A DNA stretch of 64,000 bases from an uncultured Bacteroidales bacterium. Lineage in GTDB: Bacteria > Bacteroidota > Bacteroidia > Bacteroidales > Muribaculaceae. Location: the NCBI GenBank assembly GCA_900539915.1, contig UQDU01000007.1, positions 5,264-69,263 on the forward strand, in the 5' to 3' direction. The position numbers and the translations under genes were made by a program. The notes beneath the pieces were generated by a model. It was not told the origin of the DNA. It made no database searches and saw nothing but the letters and a program-made list of their open reading frames with translations. This document shows positions 20,801 through 29,974 of this stretch, one piece after another; position 1 is the first letter of the stretch, and the number at the start of each line of letters is the position of its first letter.

Positions 20801-21526
20801 GAACGCCATCAGCGTCTGTCCGGCGAGTGTGCGCCCGTTTTCGGTAAGTGTGGCCGAAATCATTATCGGTATTCTGCGCCCTGCGGCTTTCATGGCCTGT
20901 ATGGCGGCATATATGGCCGATTTGGTGTTGAGGGTGTCAAAGCAGGTCTCAAACAGCAGAGCGTCCACGCCGGCATCTATCAGTACGGCTATCTGGCGGC
21001 GGTAAGCGTCGGTCAGCCTGTCCCATGTCAGAGGGTCGTCATCGCCGAGGCTCGATGCCATCGACAGGGATTTGTTTGTGGGTCCGATGCTCGCGGCAAT
21101 CCATTTCGGTGACTCGGGATGGTCAGCGCGATACTCCTCGATGGCTTCACGCGCCACTTTGACGGCAGCGCGGTTGATTTCCTCGACATGCGCGTCCAGG
21201 CCGTACTCGGCCAGCGAGAGGCTGTTGGAGCTGAACGTGTTGGCGCATATGATGTCGGCCCCGGCCTCTAAATACGCCCGGTGTATGTCGCGTATGACAT
21301 GGGGGGCGGTCAGTGACAGCACGTCGTTGCACCCGGTCAGGTTACATGGATGCTCGGCAAATGCCTTGCCGCGGAAATCGGCCTCCGAGAGGGCACGGGT
21401 CTGTATCATGGTGCCCATGGCTCCGTCAAGCACGAGCACGCGCCGTCTGACCGTTTCGGCCAGCAGAGCGGCGTGACCTTCGTAGGCCATCTGTCTTATA
21501 TCCTGTAGATTATCGGTTGGTGCCAT
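17831..21526 (-). CDS. metH: cobalamin-dependent methionine synthase
   Basis: 1231 aa with homocysteine-binding, pterin-binding, B12-binding and AdoMet-activation domains. Confidence 0.9.
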   Translation of the reverse strand: MAPTDNLQDIRQMAYEGHAALLAETVRRRVLVLDGAMGTMIQTRALSEADFRGKAFAEHPCNLTGCNDVLSLTAPHVIRDIHRAYLEAGADIICANTFSSNSLSLAEYGLDAHVEEINRAAVKVAREAIEEYRADHPESPKWIAASIGPTNKSLSMASSLGDDDPLTWDRLTDAYRRQIAVLIDAGVDALLFETCFDTLNTKSAIYAAIQAMKAAGRRIPIMISATLTENGRTLAGQTLMAFVASVAHAEPLSIGLNCGFGADQLIPYIKMLDTVPCAVSFYPNAGLPNESGGYDETPEKMAEAISPLLDARLLNIIGGCCGTTPEHIRALASLAASASPRPIPDADDHMRLAGLQLTDIPANGGDFVKIGERCNVAGSRKFLRLIKEDKLDEAIDIARSQVIAGAAVIDVNVDDAMLDAPREMGRFLELLAADSVTSTVPVMIDSSNWDAIAEGMKHLRGRGIVNSISLKEGEDAFLRHAREIRDMGCAVVVMAMDETGQADTYGRKMEVVRRQYDLLINKAGLQPCDIIFDPNVLAVATGIEAHNDFGRAFIEASKSIKAEMPGVHVSGGISNLSFSFRGNNTVREAMHTRFITLAEGLDMGIVNPSAMKTADDFDSRLIETVDHVLLNDSPHAVDTLVEIAADILASTAAAKSPAAAPKASDAPKTASEQIADMIVRGRHDGIETLLQSEITAGKSAMEIVDGSLMAGMNEVGRLFADGRIFLPQVVKSAGAMKEAVKWLTPYIEQASASGISDQSSDAPRVVLATVKGDVHDIGKNIVAIILRCNGFRVDDLGVMVPAETILAHARDFKADMIGLSGLITPSLHEMQAFAALMEREGLQIPLFVGGAATSAIHTAVRIAPGYSGQVFHTVDAAQLPVVARQWLNPATRQEAIRALQEQQARLRASHATPSATLLTLDKANSLRHKAPTDGTLSSPLPVGVADHHFPISEVRGYINWRAFLIAWGLDASLASMTDIKGCDHCRAQWLASLPEDKRMKGAEAMQLIKEANRLLDSLTESIPQGIRVRTATYAAASRGNDIIIYKDNEEVVFPTLRQQTDAGNQPRLALADFIAEAPDGAQCPPDRLTFFTCTAGTDIQDRIESRRASGDEFSAMLHQSIADRLAEAATEMLHQRISQGRGIRPAIGYQSMPDQSLIFEADKLLDYKSLGISYTENGALYPQATTTGFFIIRDEARYFSVGEITREQFEDYARRRGLPTDSMRRFLAPKS

Positions 21527-21658
21527 ATGCGTAACTGTTAGGTCGGTTATATGAGTTGCAAAGTTACATAAAAAATGTCCCTACACATCGGCGTGCGGGG
21601 ACATTTATCCTCATTTATATAACATTTTATACACACATCAGTGACATTCCGTTAATTT

Positions 21659-23110
21659 TCATTCACATCCCTTGAACCATTGTTCGTCAGTCACTGAATC
21701 TTCGGCGAGTTCTGTCGATGCCTCGTTGCCGTATTCCTCATCGTGCTGTGAGCGGTCGAGTCCTATTTCCTCGCTGTGGCGTGAGACACGCATCGGTATC
21801 ATCTTGTTGGTCAGCCAGTAGAGCGCATAGCTCACCACGAAGGTATAGGCGCACACCACAACCAGCGCGAGTATGTGCATCCAGAAAAATTCATTGTGGC
21901 TGATCATGTCAGGGTCCTGCTTGGCGAAATAACTGTAGGCAAAGATGCCGGTGAATACGGTGCCGAGGATGCCGCCGAGGCCGTGGGTGGGGAACACGTC
22001 GAGGGCGTCGTCAAACGAGTGTGTGCGGCTCTTCCATGTCACTGCGAGGTTGCAGCAGAGCGTGATGACAAATGAGATGAAGATGCTCTGGCCTACTGTC
22101 ACCCAGCCGGCACACGGTGTGATGGCCACAAGGCCTACCACGGCTCCGATGGCTGCGCCCATGGCCGACGGTTTGTGCCCGCGCAGGGCGTCGAATACCA
22201 CCCATGTCACCATGGCGGTGGCGGCTGCGGTGTTGGTGTTGAGGAATGCCGATACTGCCACTCCGTCAGCTGCGAGCGAGCTGCCGCCGTTGAATCCGAA
22301 CCAGCCGAGCCACAGCAGGGCGGCTCCGAGAAGCACAAACGGCACATTGGCCGGCTTGGAGTCCTTGGTGTTGGTGCGTTTGCCTAAGAAGAGTGCACCG
22401 GCCAGGGCGGCTACGCCTGATGCCGCGTGGACCACGATGCCACCGGCGAAGTCATGCACGTGCCACTTGGCCAGCAGTCCGTCGGGGTGCCATGTCACAT
22501 GGGCCAGAGGGCAGTAGACGAATATGACCCACAGGATCATGAATATCAGGTACCCCGAGAAGCGCACACGCTCGGCAAAGGAGCCGGTGATAAGCGACGG
22601 GGTGATGATGGCGAATTTCATCTGAAACAGGGCAAACAGTGCCAGAGGTATGGTGGTGGTTGCCAGGCCTATCGAGCCTCCGACTTCGGTGGCTATGCGT
22701 TCGCTCTCGGCGGCGGTGACGTTCTGCACGCCTACGTTGTTGAACATGAAGAAGTCCACCGGGTTGCCTATGATATGCAGCCAGTCGTCGCCGAAAGCGA
22801 GGCCGAAGCCGAAAACAACCCATATGACGCTCACGACGCCCATGACTATGAAACTCTGGAGCATCGTGGAGATGACGTTTTTGGCCCTTACCATGCCGCC
22901 GTAGAAAAACGACAGACCCGGGGTCATCATCAGCACGAATATCGTGGCTGTTATCATCCATGCCACATTGGCGTAGATGTTGTCGTTGGGAAGGTCGAAG
23001 TTGCCTTCACGGGGGGATACAAACAAACCTAATACAGAGATGAATGCTGTCAGCGCAAACAGGATAATCCAGCGCTTCTTAATCCTTTTTCTTGTAGAAA
23101 TTGATTCCAT
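21659..23110 (-). CDS. amt: ammonium transporter (Amt family)
   Basis: The start is taken at MESISTRKR; the track ORF extends into an AT-rich promoter region. About 11 TM helices and typical Amt motifs, with an acidic C-terminal tail. Confidence 0.85.
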   Translation of the reverse strand: MESISTRKRIKKRWIILFALTAFISVLGLFVSPREGNFDLPNDNIYANVAWMITATIFVLMMTPGLSFFYGGMVRAKNVISTMLQSFIVMGVVSVIWVVFGFGLAFGDDWLHIIGNPVDFFMFNNVGVQNVTAAESERIATEVGGSIGLATTTIPLALFALFQMKFAIITPSLITGSFAERVRFSGYLIFMILWVIFVYCPLAHVTWHPDGLLAKWHVHDFAGGIVVHAASGVAALAGALFLGKRTNTKDSKPANVPFVLLGAALLWLGWFGFNGGSSLAADGVAVSAFLNTNTAAATAMVTWVVFDALRGHKPSAMGAAIGAVVGLVAITPCAGWVTVGQSIFISFVITLCCNLAVTWKSRTHSFDDALDVFPTHGLGGILGTVFTGIFAYSYFAKQDPDMISHNEFFWMHILALVVVCAYTFVVSYALYWLTNKMIPMRVSRHSEEIGLDRSQHDEEYGNEASTELAEDSVTDEQWFKGCE

Positions 23111-23282
23111 AGAGCAAAATGTTATGTTGTGACACTGCAAAGTAAGCAATATGAAATCAAAAATACAAATATAATAGCAAAAATCTTTCAAAAAATATAT
23201 TACAAAAGAAATTTGCTATTGCACATCTTTCAATCAGGACAATATCTGTCAGTTTTTATGAAAATTTATTAAATTTGCCACC

Positions 23283-24044
23283 ATGATTCTTAACAATTCG
23301 ATAATCAAGACCGTCGCATCCCTTGACAAGGCGTCGCACCGCCGTCGCGAGGGACTGTTTGTGGTGGAAGGCGCCAAGGCTGTCGGCGATACGCTGGGGC
23401 ATTTTGAGCTGTATATGCTCGCATGCACCGCTGCCTGGGAGGAGGAAAACAAGGATTGGCTGAAAGGCGTTGAGGTCACTCGCGCCACGGCACGCGACCT
23501 GTCACGCATGAGCCATCTCTCCACTCCGTCCGAGGTGATGGCTGTGTACCGTCTGCCGCAATACTCTGAGGAGGGGATGCCACGGCGTGGCGGATTGATA
23601 TTGGCTCTTGACACCATACAGGATCCCGGAAATCTCGGCACGATAATACGCACTGCCGACTGGATGGGGGTCCGCGACATCATCGCGAGCCGCGAGACCG
23701 CCGACTGCTTCGCGCCCAAGGTCGTGCAGGCCACGATGGGCAGCATTGTGCGCGTCAGGGTGCATTACTGCGACCTGCCTGACGCTCTCGCCCGGCTCAG
23801 GGAGGAAGGGATGCCTGTCTACGGCACGGTGCTCGGAGGTGATGACCTCTATGCGTCGGCGCTGCCTGATGAGGCTGTGATTGTGGTGGGAAATGAGGGG
23901 AAGGGCATATCTGCCGGGGTGCTCGCGCAGGTCAACAGGCGTGTGACCATCCCGTCGTATCCACGGGGCGGAGCCGACCATGGCGAGTCGCTGAACGCAG
24001 CCATAGCCACGGCCATCACTTTGGCCGCGTTCCGCTTCCATTGA
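23283..24044 (+). CDS. TrmH/SpoU-family RNA 2'-O-methyltransferase (RlmB-like)
   Basis: 253 aa. SPOUT domain motifs LALDTIQDPGNLGTIIRTADWMG and VVGNEGKGIS. Confidence 0.8.
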   Translation: MILNNSIIKTVASLDKASHRRREGLFVVEGAKAVGDTLGHFELYMLACTAAWEEENKDWLKGVEVTRATARDLSRMSHLSTPSEVMAVYRLPQYSEEGMPRRGGLILALDTIQDPGNLGTIIRTADWMGVRDIIASRETADCFAPKVVQATMGSIVRVRVHYCDLPDALARLREEGMPVYGTVLGGDDLYASALPDEAVIVVGNEGKGISAGVLAQVNRRVTIPSYPRGGADHGESLNAAIATAITLAAFRFH

Positions 24045-24077
24045 TATATCATATATATGTGTGATAGGGGAGATGCC

Positions 24078-24992
24078 TCAACGCGACTTGTGGCGCATGT
24101 TGAGCTTGTCGGCGAGGTAGACGCCGAGGAGGATGAGGATGCACCCTGCCACCCCTATGACCGTGATGGGCTGTGACAGCACTATGGCCGAGAATACGAG
24201 GGTGATGACAGGCTGGAAATAGAGGTAGTTGTTGGTCTTGATGACTCCGAGCTTCCCTACCGCCCATGACCATGCCACGAAGGCGGCGGCGGTGCAGCAG
24301 AGTGTAAGAAACAGGAAGTTGCCCCATACGGCGGGCACGGTCCACGCATGCCATTCAAATTTCTCGGATGAGAAGACGGCAAACGGAAGCGAGGTCACCA
24401 GACCGTAGAAAAACATCTTGCGTGTGACGAATGCTGCATCGTAGAATGCCTGTACTTTTCTGAGTATCAGCGTGTAGATGGCGAAACTCAATGCTGCGGC
24501 CAGGGCGAGGAAGTCGCCCAGCGGATTGACTTTCATCACGAAGCTGCTGTTGAATATGACCAGGGCAACGCCTATGAGCGCCACCATGGACCCGGCGTAG
24601 GCGCCGCGTGACGGACGGTCGTCGCGGTATATGAGTCCGGCAAGCAGCATGGTCAGCATCGGGGGCAGCGAGGTGATGAGCGACACGTTGGTGGCGAGGG
24701 TGTACTCCAGGGCGAAGTTTTCGGCCAGATAGTACACCGTGCAGCCGCAGATGCCACACACGGCAAACAGCAGCTCGTCCCTGATGCTCAGCGACATAAA
24801 CCGCTTGTGGCTGATGATGAGCATCAGCAGATATGCTGCCAGGAAACGCGCATAATAGATCTCTACCGGGCCGATGCCGTTGTCCATGATGACTCGCGTC
24901 GACACGAAGCTGACACCCCACACCACCACGACAAGCGCGGCGCACAGGTGCACCAATAGCGATGAGTTAGCTGATTTGCGTGTTTCGGCCAT
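24078..24992 (-). CDS. EamA/DMT-family transporter
   Basis: 304 aa, 10 TM helices, duplicated EamA halves. Confidence 0.75.
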   Translation of the reverse strand: MAETRKSANSSLLVHLCAALVVVVWGVSFVSTRVIMDNGIGPVEIYYARFLAAYLLMLIISHKRFMSLSIRDELLFAVCGICGCTVYYLAENFALEYTLATNVSLITSLPPMLTMLLAGLIYRDDRPSRGAYAGSMVALIGVALVIFNSSFVMKVNPLGDFLALAAALSFAIYTLILRKVQAFYDAAFVTRKMFFYGLVTSLPFAVFSSEKFEWHAWTVPAVWGNFLFLTLCCTAAAFVAWSWAVGKLGVIKTNNYLYFQPVITLVFSAIVLSQPITVIGVAGCILILLGVYLADKLNMRHKSR

Positions 24993-25195
24993 AGTATGTG
25001 TGATGCCGCCGCCAGGTTATGTTGGCGCAGCCGGTAAGGTTGTTAAGGCTTTACAAATTTAGTTATATTCCGTAAAATGCCAAAGCTGTCTGTCTCAGTT
25101 GTTGAAAAAAATTCTCAACTTTATGCCCTCAATCCACGTTGTAAGGATATATATAAAGTCCCGACTATTTATTTAACCCTTAATTCATATCTACG

Positions 25196-25903
25196 ATGAA
25201 TAAGTTAGCAAAGAATCTCGGAATCTCCTCTCTCGCGGCCGCTATGGTCATCAGCCTCGGCGGTTGCTCGTCAATGACCAACACCGGCAAGGGTGCCCTC
25301 ATAGGCGGTGGCGGCGGCGGTGCTGTCGGAGCCGGTATAGGTGCGCTCATAGGCGGCGGCAAGGGTGCAGGTATCGGTGCTGCCATCGGTGCTGCCGTAG
25401 GTGCCGGCGCAGGTGCCCTGATAGGCCGCAAGATGGATAAGCAGAAAGCCGAGCTCGAGAAGCAGCTCGCCGACGCGGCCAAGGTCGAGAGCGTGACCGA
25501 CTCCAACGGTCTCCAGGCTATCCGTGTCACTTTTGACAGCGGCATCCTCTTCCCGACCAACGGCACTACTCTCAATGCCTCTTCCAAGGCCGACCTGTCG
25601 AAGTTTGCTACTTCGCTGATCCAGAACCCCATGACCGATGTGCGCATCTACGGTTTCACTGATGACACCGGCACTCTCGCAGTCAACCAGCGTGTATCTA
25701 CCGGACGTGCCGATGCCGTGCGTAACTACCTGCTCAACAGCGGCGTGGCTTCAAGCCGTCTCTATGCCGAAGGTCTCCCCATGACCGACTATGTGGCATC
25801 AAACGCCACTCCCGAGGGCCGTGCACAGAACCGCCGTGTCGAAATCTACATCCTCGCCAACAAGCAGATGGTGCAGGAGGCTGAGAACGGCACACTCAAA
25901 TAA
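25196..25903 (+). CDS. OmpA-family lipoprotein with Gly-zipper region
   Basis: 235 aa. Signal peptide with lipobox (LGGCSS), a Gly/Ala-rich segment, and a C-terminal OmpA domain (TDDTGTLAVNQRVSTGRADAV...NRRVEI). Confidence 0.85.
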   Translation: MNKLAKNLGISSLAAAMVISLGGCSSMTNTGKGALIGGGGGGAVGAGIGALIGGGKGAGIGAAIGAAVGAGAGALIGRKMDKQKAELEKQLADAAKVESVTDSNGLQAIRVTFDSGILFPTNGTTLNASSKADLSKFATSLIQNPMTDVRIYGFTDDTGTLAVNQRVSTGRADAVRNYLLNSGVASSRLYAEGLPMTDYVASNATPEGRAQNRRVEIYILANKQMVQEAENGTLK

Positions 25904-25975
25904 CACTCACTCTCTCTCTGACCCACGACCTCATATGTGATTCACTTTATTTATCAATATCCCCAGGGCCGGACT

Positions 25976-26027
25976 CTCCGATTCACGGAGTCCGGCCCAT
26001 TTTTGTTTCCTTTTTGTCTTTTTATTT
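25976..26027 (+). terminator. rho-independent terminator downstream of the OmpA-family gene
   Basis: Hairpin GGGCCGGACTC-loop-GAGTCCGGCCC followed by ATTTTTGTTTCCTTTTTG. Confidence 0.75.
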
Positions 26028-26167
26028 AACGATTTTGCCAATCCGTTAACCTTTTTGTTGTCCAAGGGGTTATATTTGTGACGCATGTCTGATGAGATGT
26101 GCCATTTGTCACATACATTCCATGAATCCTGTCACCACTTTCTACACAGATATCTAATATTTGCGAT

Positions 26168-27622
26168 ATGCCACGTTTGATTACCTTGATTTTGCTCTGT
26201 GTGTCGTTGTTGCCGCCATGTGTGTCGGCGCAGACGCCCATGACTCTGCAGCAGTGCCGTGACCTGGCCATTGCCAACAGCAAGCAGTCACGCATCCACG
26301 ATGCGGAGTTGCAGGCTGCCGAATATACCAGGCGACAGGCCCGGGCTGCCTATCTGCCGGCCATAGATTTCTCCGGAGCATACGTGTATAACCAGAAAAA
26401 CCTCTCTGTCATCTCTGAGGACGCCTATCTGCCGGTCAAGTCGTTTGACCTCGCCTCCCAGGGCTACCAGTTTGATGTGGTCAAGAACCCCTACACCGGG
26501 CAGCCTGTCATAGTCGACGGCAAACCGATACCCTCGCAGGTGGCTCTGCTCCCCAAGGAGGCTCTGACTTTTGACATCCACAATGTGTTTGCCGGGGCTC
26601 TGACCCTTACGCAGCCTATATTCATGGGCGGCAAGATTGTGGCTCTCAACAAGTTGGCCGATGCTGGCAAGGAGGCCGCCGCTGCCATGCGTGACCGCGC
26701 CGATGACAATATCGTCTACGATGTGGATGCCGCCTATTGGCTCGTGGTGTCGCTCAAGGCCAAGGAGAGGCTGGCGGTCAGCTATGTGGAGCTGCTCGAC
26801 ACTCTCCGCTACAATGTAACCCGGCTGCTTGACGAGGGCATGGCCACAAAGGCCGATCTGCTCAGCGTCGATGTCAAGCTCAATCAGGGTCAGGTGGACC
26901 TGACCAAGGTGACCAACGGCCTCTCGCTGGCGCGTATGGCTCTGGCCCAGAAATGCGGTCTGCCCATCGACTCTCCTATGGTGCTTGCCGACGAAAACGG
27001 CGAAGTGGCTGTCGGCATGGCCGACGAGGTGGTGCCTCCGCTCGACATGTCGGCGGTCTACGAGCGGCGCAATGACCTGCGTGCGCTCCGTGCGGCTGTC
27101 AAGGCGAGCGATGCCGAGAGCTCGGTGGCGTTGTCGTCCATGCTCCCCAACATAGCCCTGGTGGGGGCGTACTCGTTCTCCACCCCCAACATGTTCGACG
27201 GCTTCAAAAACAAGGTCGGCGGCATGTTCTCTATCGGCGTCATGGCCACCGTGCCGCTCTGGCATTGGGGCGGCAACTACTACAAGTACAAGGCAGCCAA
27301 GACGCGCTCCCGCATAGCCTCCCTGGAGGTAGAGGATGCCAAGGAGCTGATAGACCTCCAGGTGCATCAGGCTCATTACAAGATGCAGGAGGCCATCAAG
27401 ACCTATCACACAGCGGTTGAGAATATGTCCAAGGCCGATGAAAACCTCCGCTGCGCCACTCTCGCCTACCGCGAGGGGGTCTCTACCACCGACTTGGTCA
27501 TGGAAGCCCAGACAGCGTGGCTCAAAGCCGCCTCTGAGGAGATAGACTCGCGCATCGACGTCCGCCTCTGCCACGTCTATCTCGACAAGGTTCTCGGCAT
27601 TCTCTCCACCCCGGCCGAATAA
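26168..27622 (+). CDS. TolC-family outer-membrane efflux protein
   Basis: 484 aa with a signal peptide and two OEP repeats. First gene of the efflux operon. Confidence 0.85.
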   Translation: MPRLITLILLCVSLLPPCVSAQTPMTLQQCRDLAIANSKQSRIHDAELQAAEYTRRQARAAYLPAIDFSGAYVYNQKNLSVISEDAYLPVKSFDLASQGYQFDVVKNPYTGQPVIVDGKPIPSQVALLPKEALTFDIHNVFAGALTLTQPIFMGGKIVALNKLADAGKEAAAAMRDRADDNIVYDVDAAYWLVVSLKAKERLAVSYVELLDTLRYNVTRLLDEGMATKADLLSVDVKLNQGQVDLTKVTNGLSLARMALAQKCGLPIDSPMVLADENGEVAVGMADEVVPPLDMSAVYERRNDLRALRAAVKASDAESSVALSSMLPNIALVGAYSFSTPNMFDGFKNKVGGMFSIGVMATVPLWHWGGNYYKYKAAKTRSRIASLEVEDAKELIDLQVHQAHYKMQEAIKTYHTAVENMSKADENLRCATLAYREGVSTTDLVMEAQTAWLKAASEEIDSRIDVRLCHVYLDKVLGILSTPAE

Positions 27623-27623
27623 T

Positions 27624-27652
27624 ATCTTATAAGTCTTATAAGAAATTACCCC
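27624..27652. repeat. CTTATAAG tandem 9-mer repeat array (family C), 2 units ending AAATTACCCC
   Basis: ATCTTATAAGTCTTATAAGAAATTACCCC directly after the TolC stop. Confidence 0.7.
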
Positions 27653-27698
27653 ATCCATAAAGAAATAAATAACCACACCTTATATATAATATACAGCC

Positions 27699-28709
27699 AT
27701 GTCATCCAATCCCCAAGACCCCGTGCGCCGCGAGGAGCGCATACTGACTTTTGCCATCATAGGCGTGCTCGTTGCCGCCGTCATCATAGCCGTGGTGGGC
27801 TTCCTGTTCCTGCGCCATCCGGCCGACATCATCGAGGGACAGGCCGATGCCACCAGCATCCGCATCTCGGGCAAGCTCCCCGGACGTGTGGCCACGCTCT
27901 ACGTCCATGAGGGCGACATGGTGCATGCCGGCGATACCCTCGTCCACATCCACTCGTCGGTGGTCGACGCCAAGCTCGCCCAGGCCGAAGCGATGAAGAA
28001 GGCTGCCGCGGCCTCTAACCGTGCCGTGGATGCCGGCGCCCGTAAGCAGACCATCCAGTCGGCCCGTGACCTCGTGGCTCAGGCCGAAGCCGCCGAGGGC
28101 ATAGCTCGCAAGACCTATGAGCGTCTGGAAGCTCTCTGCCGCGACGGTGTGGTGTCGAAGCAGAAGCGTGATGAGGCCAAGGCTGCCTATGATGCCGCCG
28201 TGGCTGGCACTTCGGCTGCACGCTCGCAGCTCAGCCTCGCACAGGCCGGCGCACGTGAGGAGGACAAGGAGGCTTCGGCTGCCATGGTGGGCGTGGCCTC
28301 GGCCGGAGTAGGGGAGGTGCAGGGCATCCTCGAGGACCAGTATCTCCTGGCCCCCTGCGACGGACAGATTGACCAGATATATCCCGAAGTGGGCGAACTC
28401 GTCAGCATGGGCGCCCCCATCATGTCGCTGCTGCGCATATCCGACAAGTGGGTGACATTCAACGCCCGTGAGAAATACCTCAACGACCTCCCCCTCGGCA
28501 AGGAGATAACCGTCAAAATCCCGGCCCTCGACATGAAGGAGGTCAAGGCGCGTGTCTACTACGTCCGTGACCTCGGCAGCTACGCCACATGGCACGCCAC
28601 CAAAGCCACCGGCGACTGGGACTCCAAGACCTTCGAAATCAAGGCACGCCCCCTCGACTCCATCCCGGCCCTCCGCCCCGGCATGACCGTCCTCTACTAC
28701 CCCGACTAA
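27699..28709 (+). CDS. HlyD-family periplasmic adaptor (membrane fusion protein)
   Basis: 336 aa. N-terminal TM anchor, coiled-coil region, and barrel-sandwich and beta-barrel domains. Confidence 0.85.
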   Translation: MSSNPQDPVRREERILTFAIIGVLVAAVIIAVVGFLFLRHPADIIEGQADATSIRISGKLPGRVATLYVHEGDMVHAGDTLVHIHSSVVDAKLAQAEAMKKAAAASNRAVDAGARKQTIQSARDLVAQAEAAEGIARKTYERLEALCRDGVVSKQKRDEAKAAYDAAVAGTSAARSQLSLAQAGAREEDKEASAAMVGVASAGVGEVQGILEDQYLLAPCDGQIDQIYPEVGELVSMGAPIMSLLRISDKWVTFNAREKYLNDLPLGKEITVKIPALDMKEVKARVYYVRDLGSYATWHATKATGDWDSKTFEIKARPLDSIPALRPGMTVLYYPD

Positions 28710-28725
28710 CCCCCCCTCAAAAAGC

Positions 28726-28771
28726 CCTATAAGACTTATAAGATTTATAAGACTTATAAGACCTTATCCCC
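28726..28771. repeat. CTTATAAG tandem repeat array (family C), 4 units ending ACCTTATCCCC
   Basis: CCTATAAGACTTATAAGATTTATAAGACTTATAAGACCTTATCCCC, between the HlyD and ABC-2 genes. Confidence 0.75.
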
Positions 28772-28786
28772 ACTCATAATAGTCCT

Positions 28787-29959
28787 ATGTCATTCCTGAC
28801 TGCATTGAAGCAATCGCTCGTCCTCGGATGCCGACGGCTCGTCAGCCGCAAGGTCTACTTCGGCCTGATGGTGTTCGTGCCTGTCGGATTCACGTTCTTT
28901 TTCGTCGACCTCCTCCACGAAGGGCTCCCCCTGCGTGCCCCGGTGGCCGTTGTCGACCTCGACGATTCGTCGCTTTCGCGCCGTGTCATCCGCAACCTCG
29001 GGGCCTCGGAGCTGGTCGACATATCCTATCGGGCGTCATCCTATGCCGAGGGGCTCGAATTGGTCAAGAGCGGCAAGGTCTACGGCTTCTTCGTCGTGCC
29101 GCGTGACTTCATGCAGAAGGCCGTGGGCGGTCGGGAGACGTCGCTGTCGTTCTACTCCGACCTGGCTTTCTTCGTCCCGGGAACCCTTACCTACAAGGGC
29201 TTCATGTCTACCGCCGTCACTGCCTCGGGCGGCCTGGTCAAGACCACCCTGACCGGCTCAGGGCTCCTTGACGACCGTGCCGCCGGAGTGATGCTCCAGC
29301 CCATGGTGGTCGACACTCATCTCATCCACAACCCCTGGACCAACTATTCCTACTACCTCTCCAACTCCTTCATCCCCGGCATGTTTGCCCTGGTGATATT
29401 TCTCATCACCTGCTTCTCCGTCACCACCGAAATCAAGCAGGGCACCTCTCCGCGCTGGCTCGCGGCCTCGGGAGGCAACATCTACATCGCCACCTTCGGC
29501 ACCCTCGCCCCCCAGACACTCATCTTCACCATACTCGGGTGGGCCATGCAGGCGGTGTTCTACCGCATCTGCGACTTCCCCCTCCACTGCCACCCCCTCC
29601 ACATGCTCTCGGCGTGGTTTCTGATGGTCGTGGCCTGTCAGGCATTCGCCCTGTTTGTGACGGCGATATTCTGCAACATGCGCCTCGCCCTCTCCACCCT
29701 CAGCCTCCTCGGCATCCTGGCCTTCTCGGTTACCGGCTTCTCGTTCCCCGTGCCCCAGATGTATCCGGCCGTGGGTGTGTTCTCCTATCTCTACCCGGTG
29801 CGCTGGTACTTCCTCATCTACATCGACCAGGCCCTCAACGGCATCCCCATCTACTACTCGCGCTTCTACTATATCATCCTCCTCCTCTTCACCCTGCTGC
29901 CCCTCGCGTCGCTCTGGAAGCTGCGCCGCCACTGCCTACGCCCCGTATATCTCCCCTGA
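28787..29959 (+). CDS. ABC-2-type transporter permease
   Basis: 390 aa. N-terminal TM segment, a periplasmic domain, then a six-TM ABC-2 core. Confidence 0.75.
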   Translation: MSFLTALKQSLVLGCRRLVSRKVYFGLMVFVPVGFTFFFVDLLHEGLPLRAPVAVVDLDDSSLSRRVIRNLGASELVDISYRASSYAEGLELVKSGKVYGFFVVPRDFMQKAVGGRETSLSFYSDLAFFVPGTLTYKGFMSTAVTASGGLVKTTLTGSGLLDDRAAGVMLQPMVVDTHLIHNPWTNYSYYLSNSFIPGMFALVIFLITCFSVTTEIKQGTSPRWLAASGGNIYIATFGTLAPQTLIFTILGWAMQAVFYRICDFPLHCHPLHMLSAWFLMVVACQAFALFVTAIFCNMRLALSTLSLLGILAFSVTGFSFPVPQMYPAVGVFSYLYPVRWYFLIYIDQALNGIPIYYSRFYYIILLLFTLLPLASLWKLRRHCLRPVYLP

Positions 29960-29974
29960 AAATCCCCCACCATC

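Noticed and set aside
26288-27676. 462-aa minus-strand ORF covering the TolC gene
   Set aside because: Antisense to a TolC gene that has a signal peptide and OEP repeats. Composition is Gly/Arg/His/Val-rich.
27702-28595. 297-aa minus-strand ORF covering the HlyD gene
   Set aside because: Antisense to the adaptor gene. No start context and biased composition.
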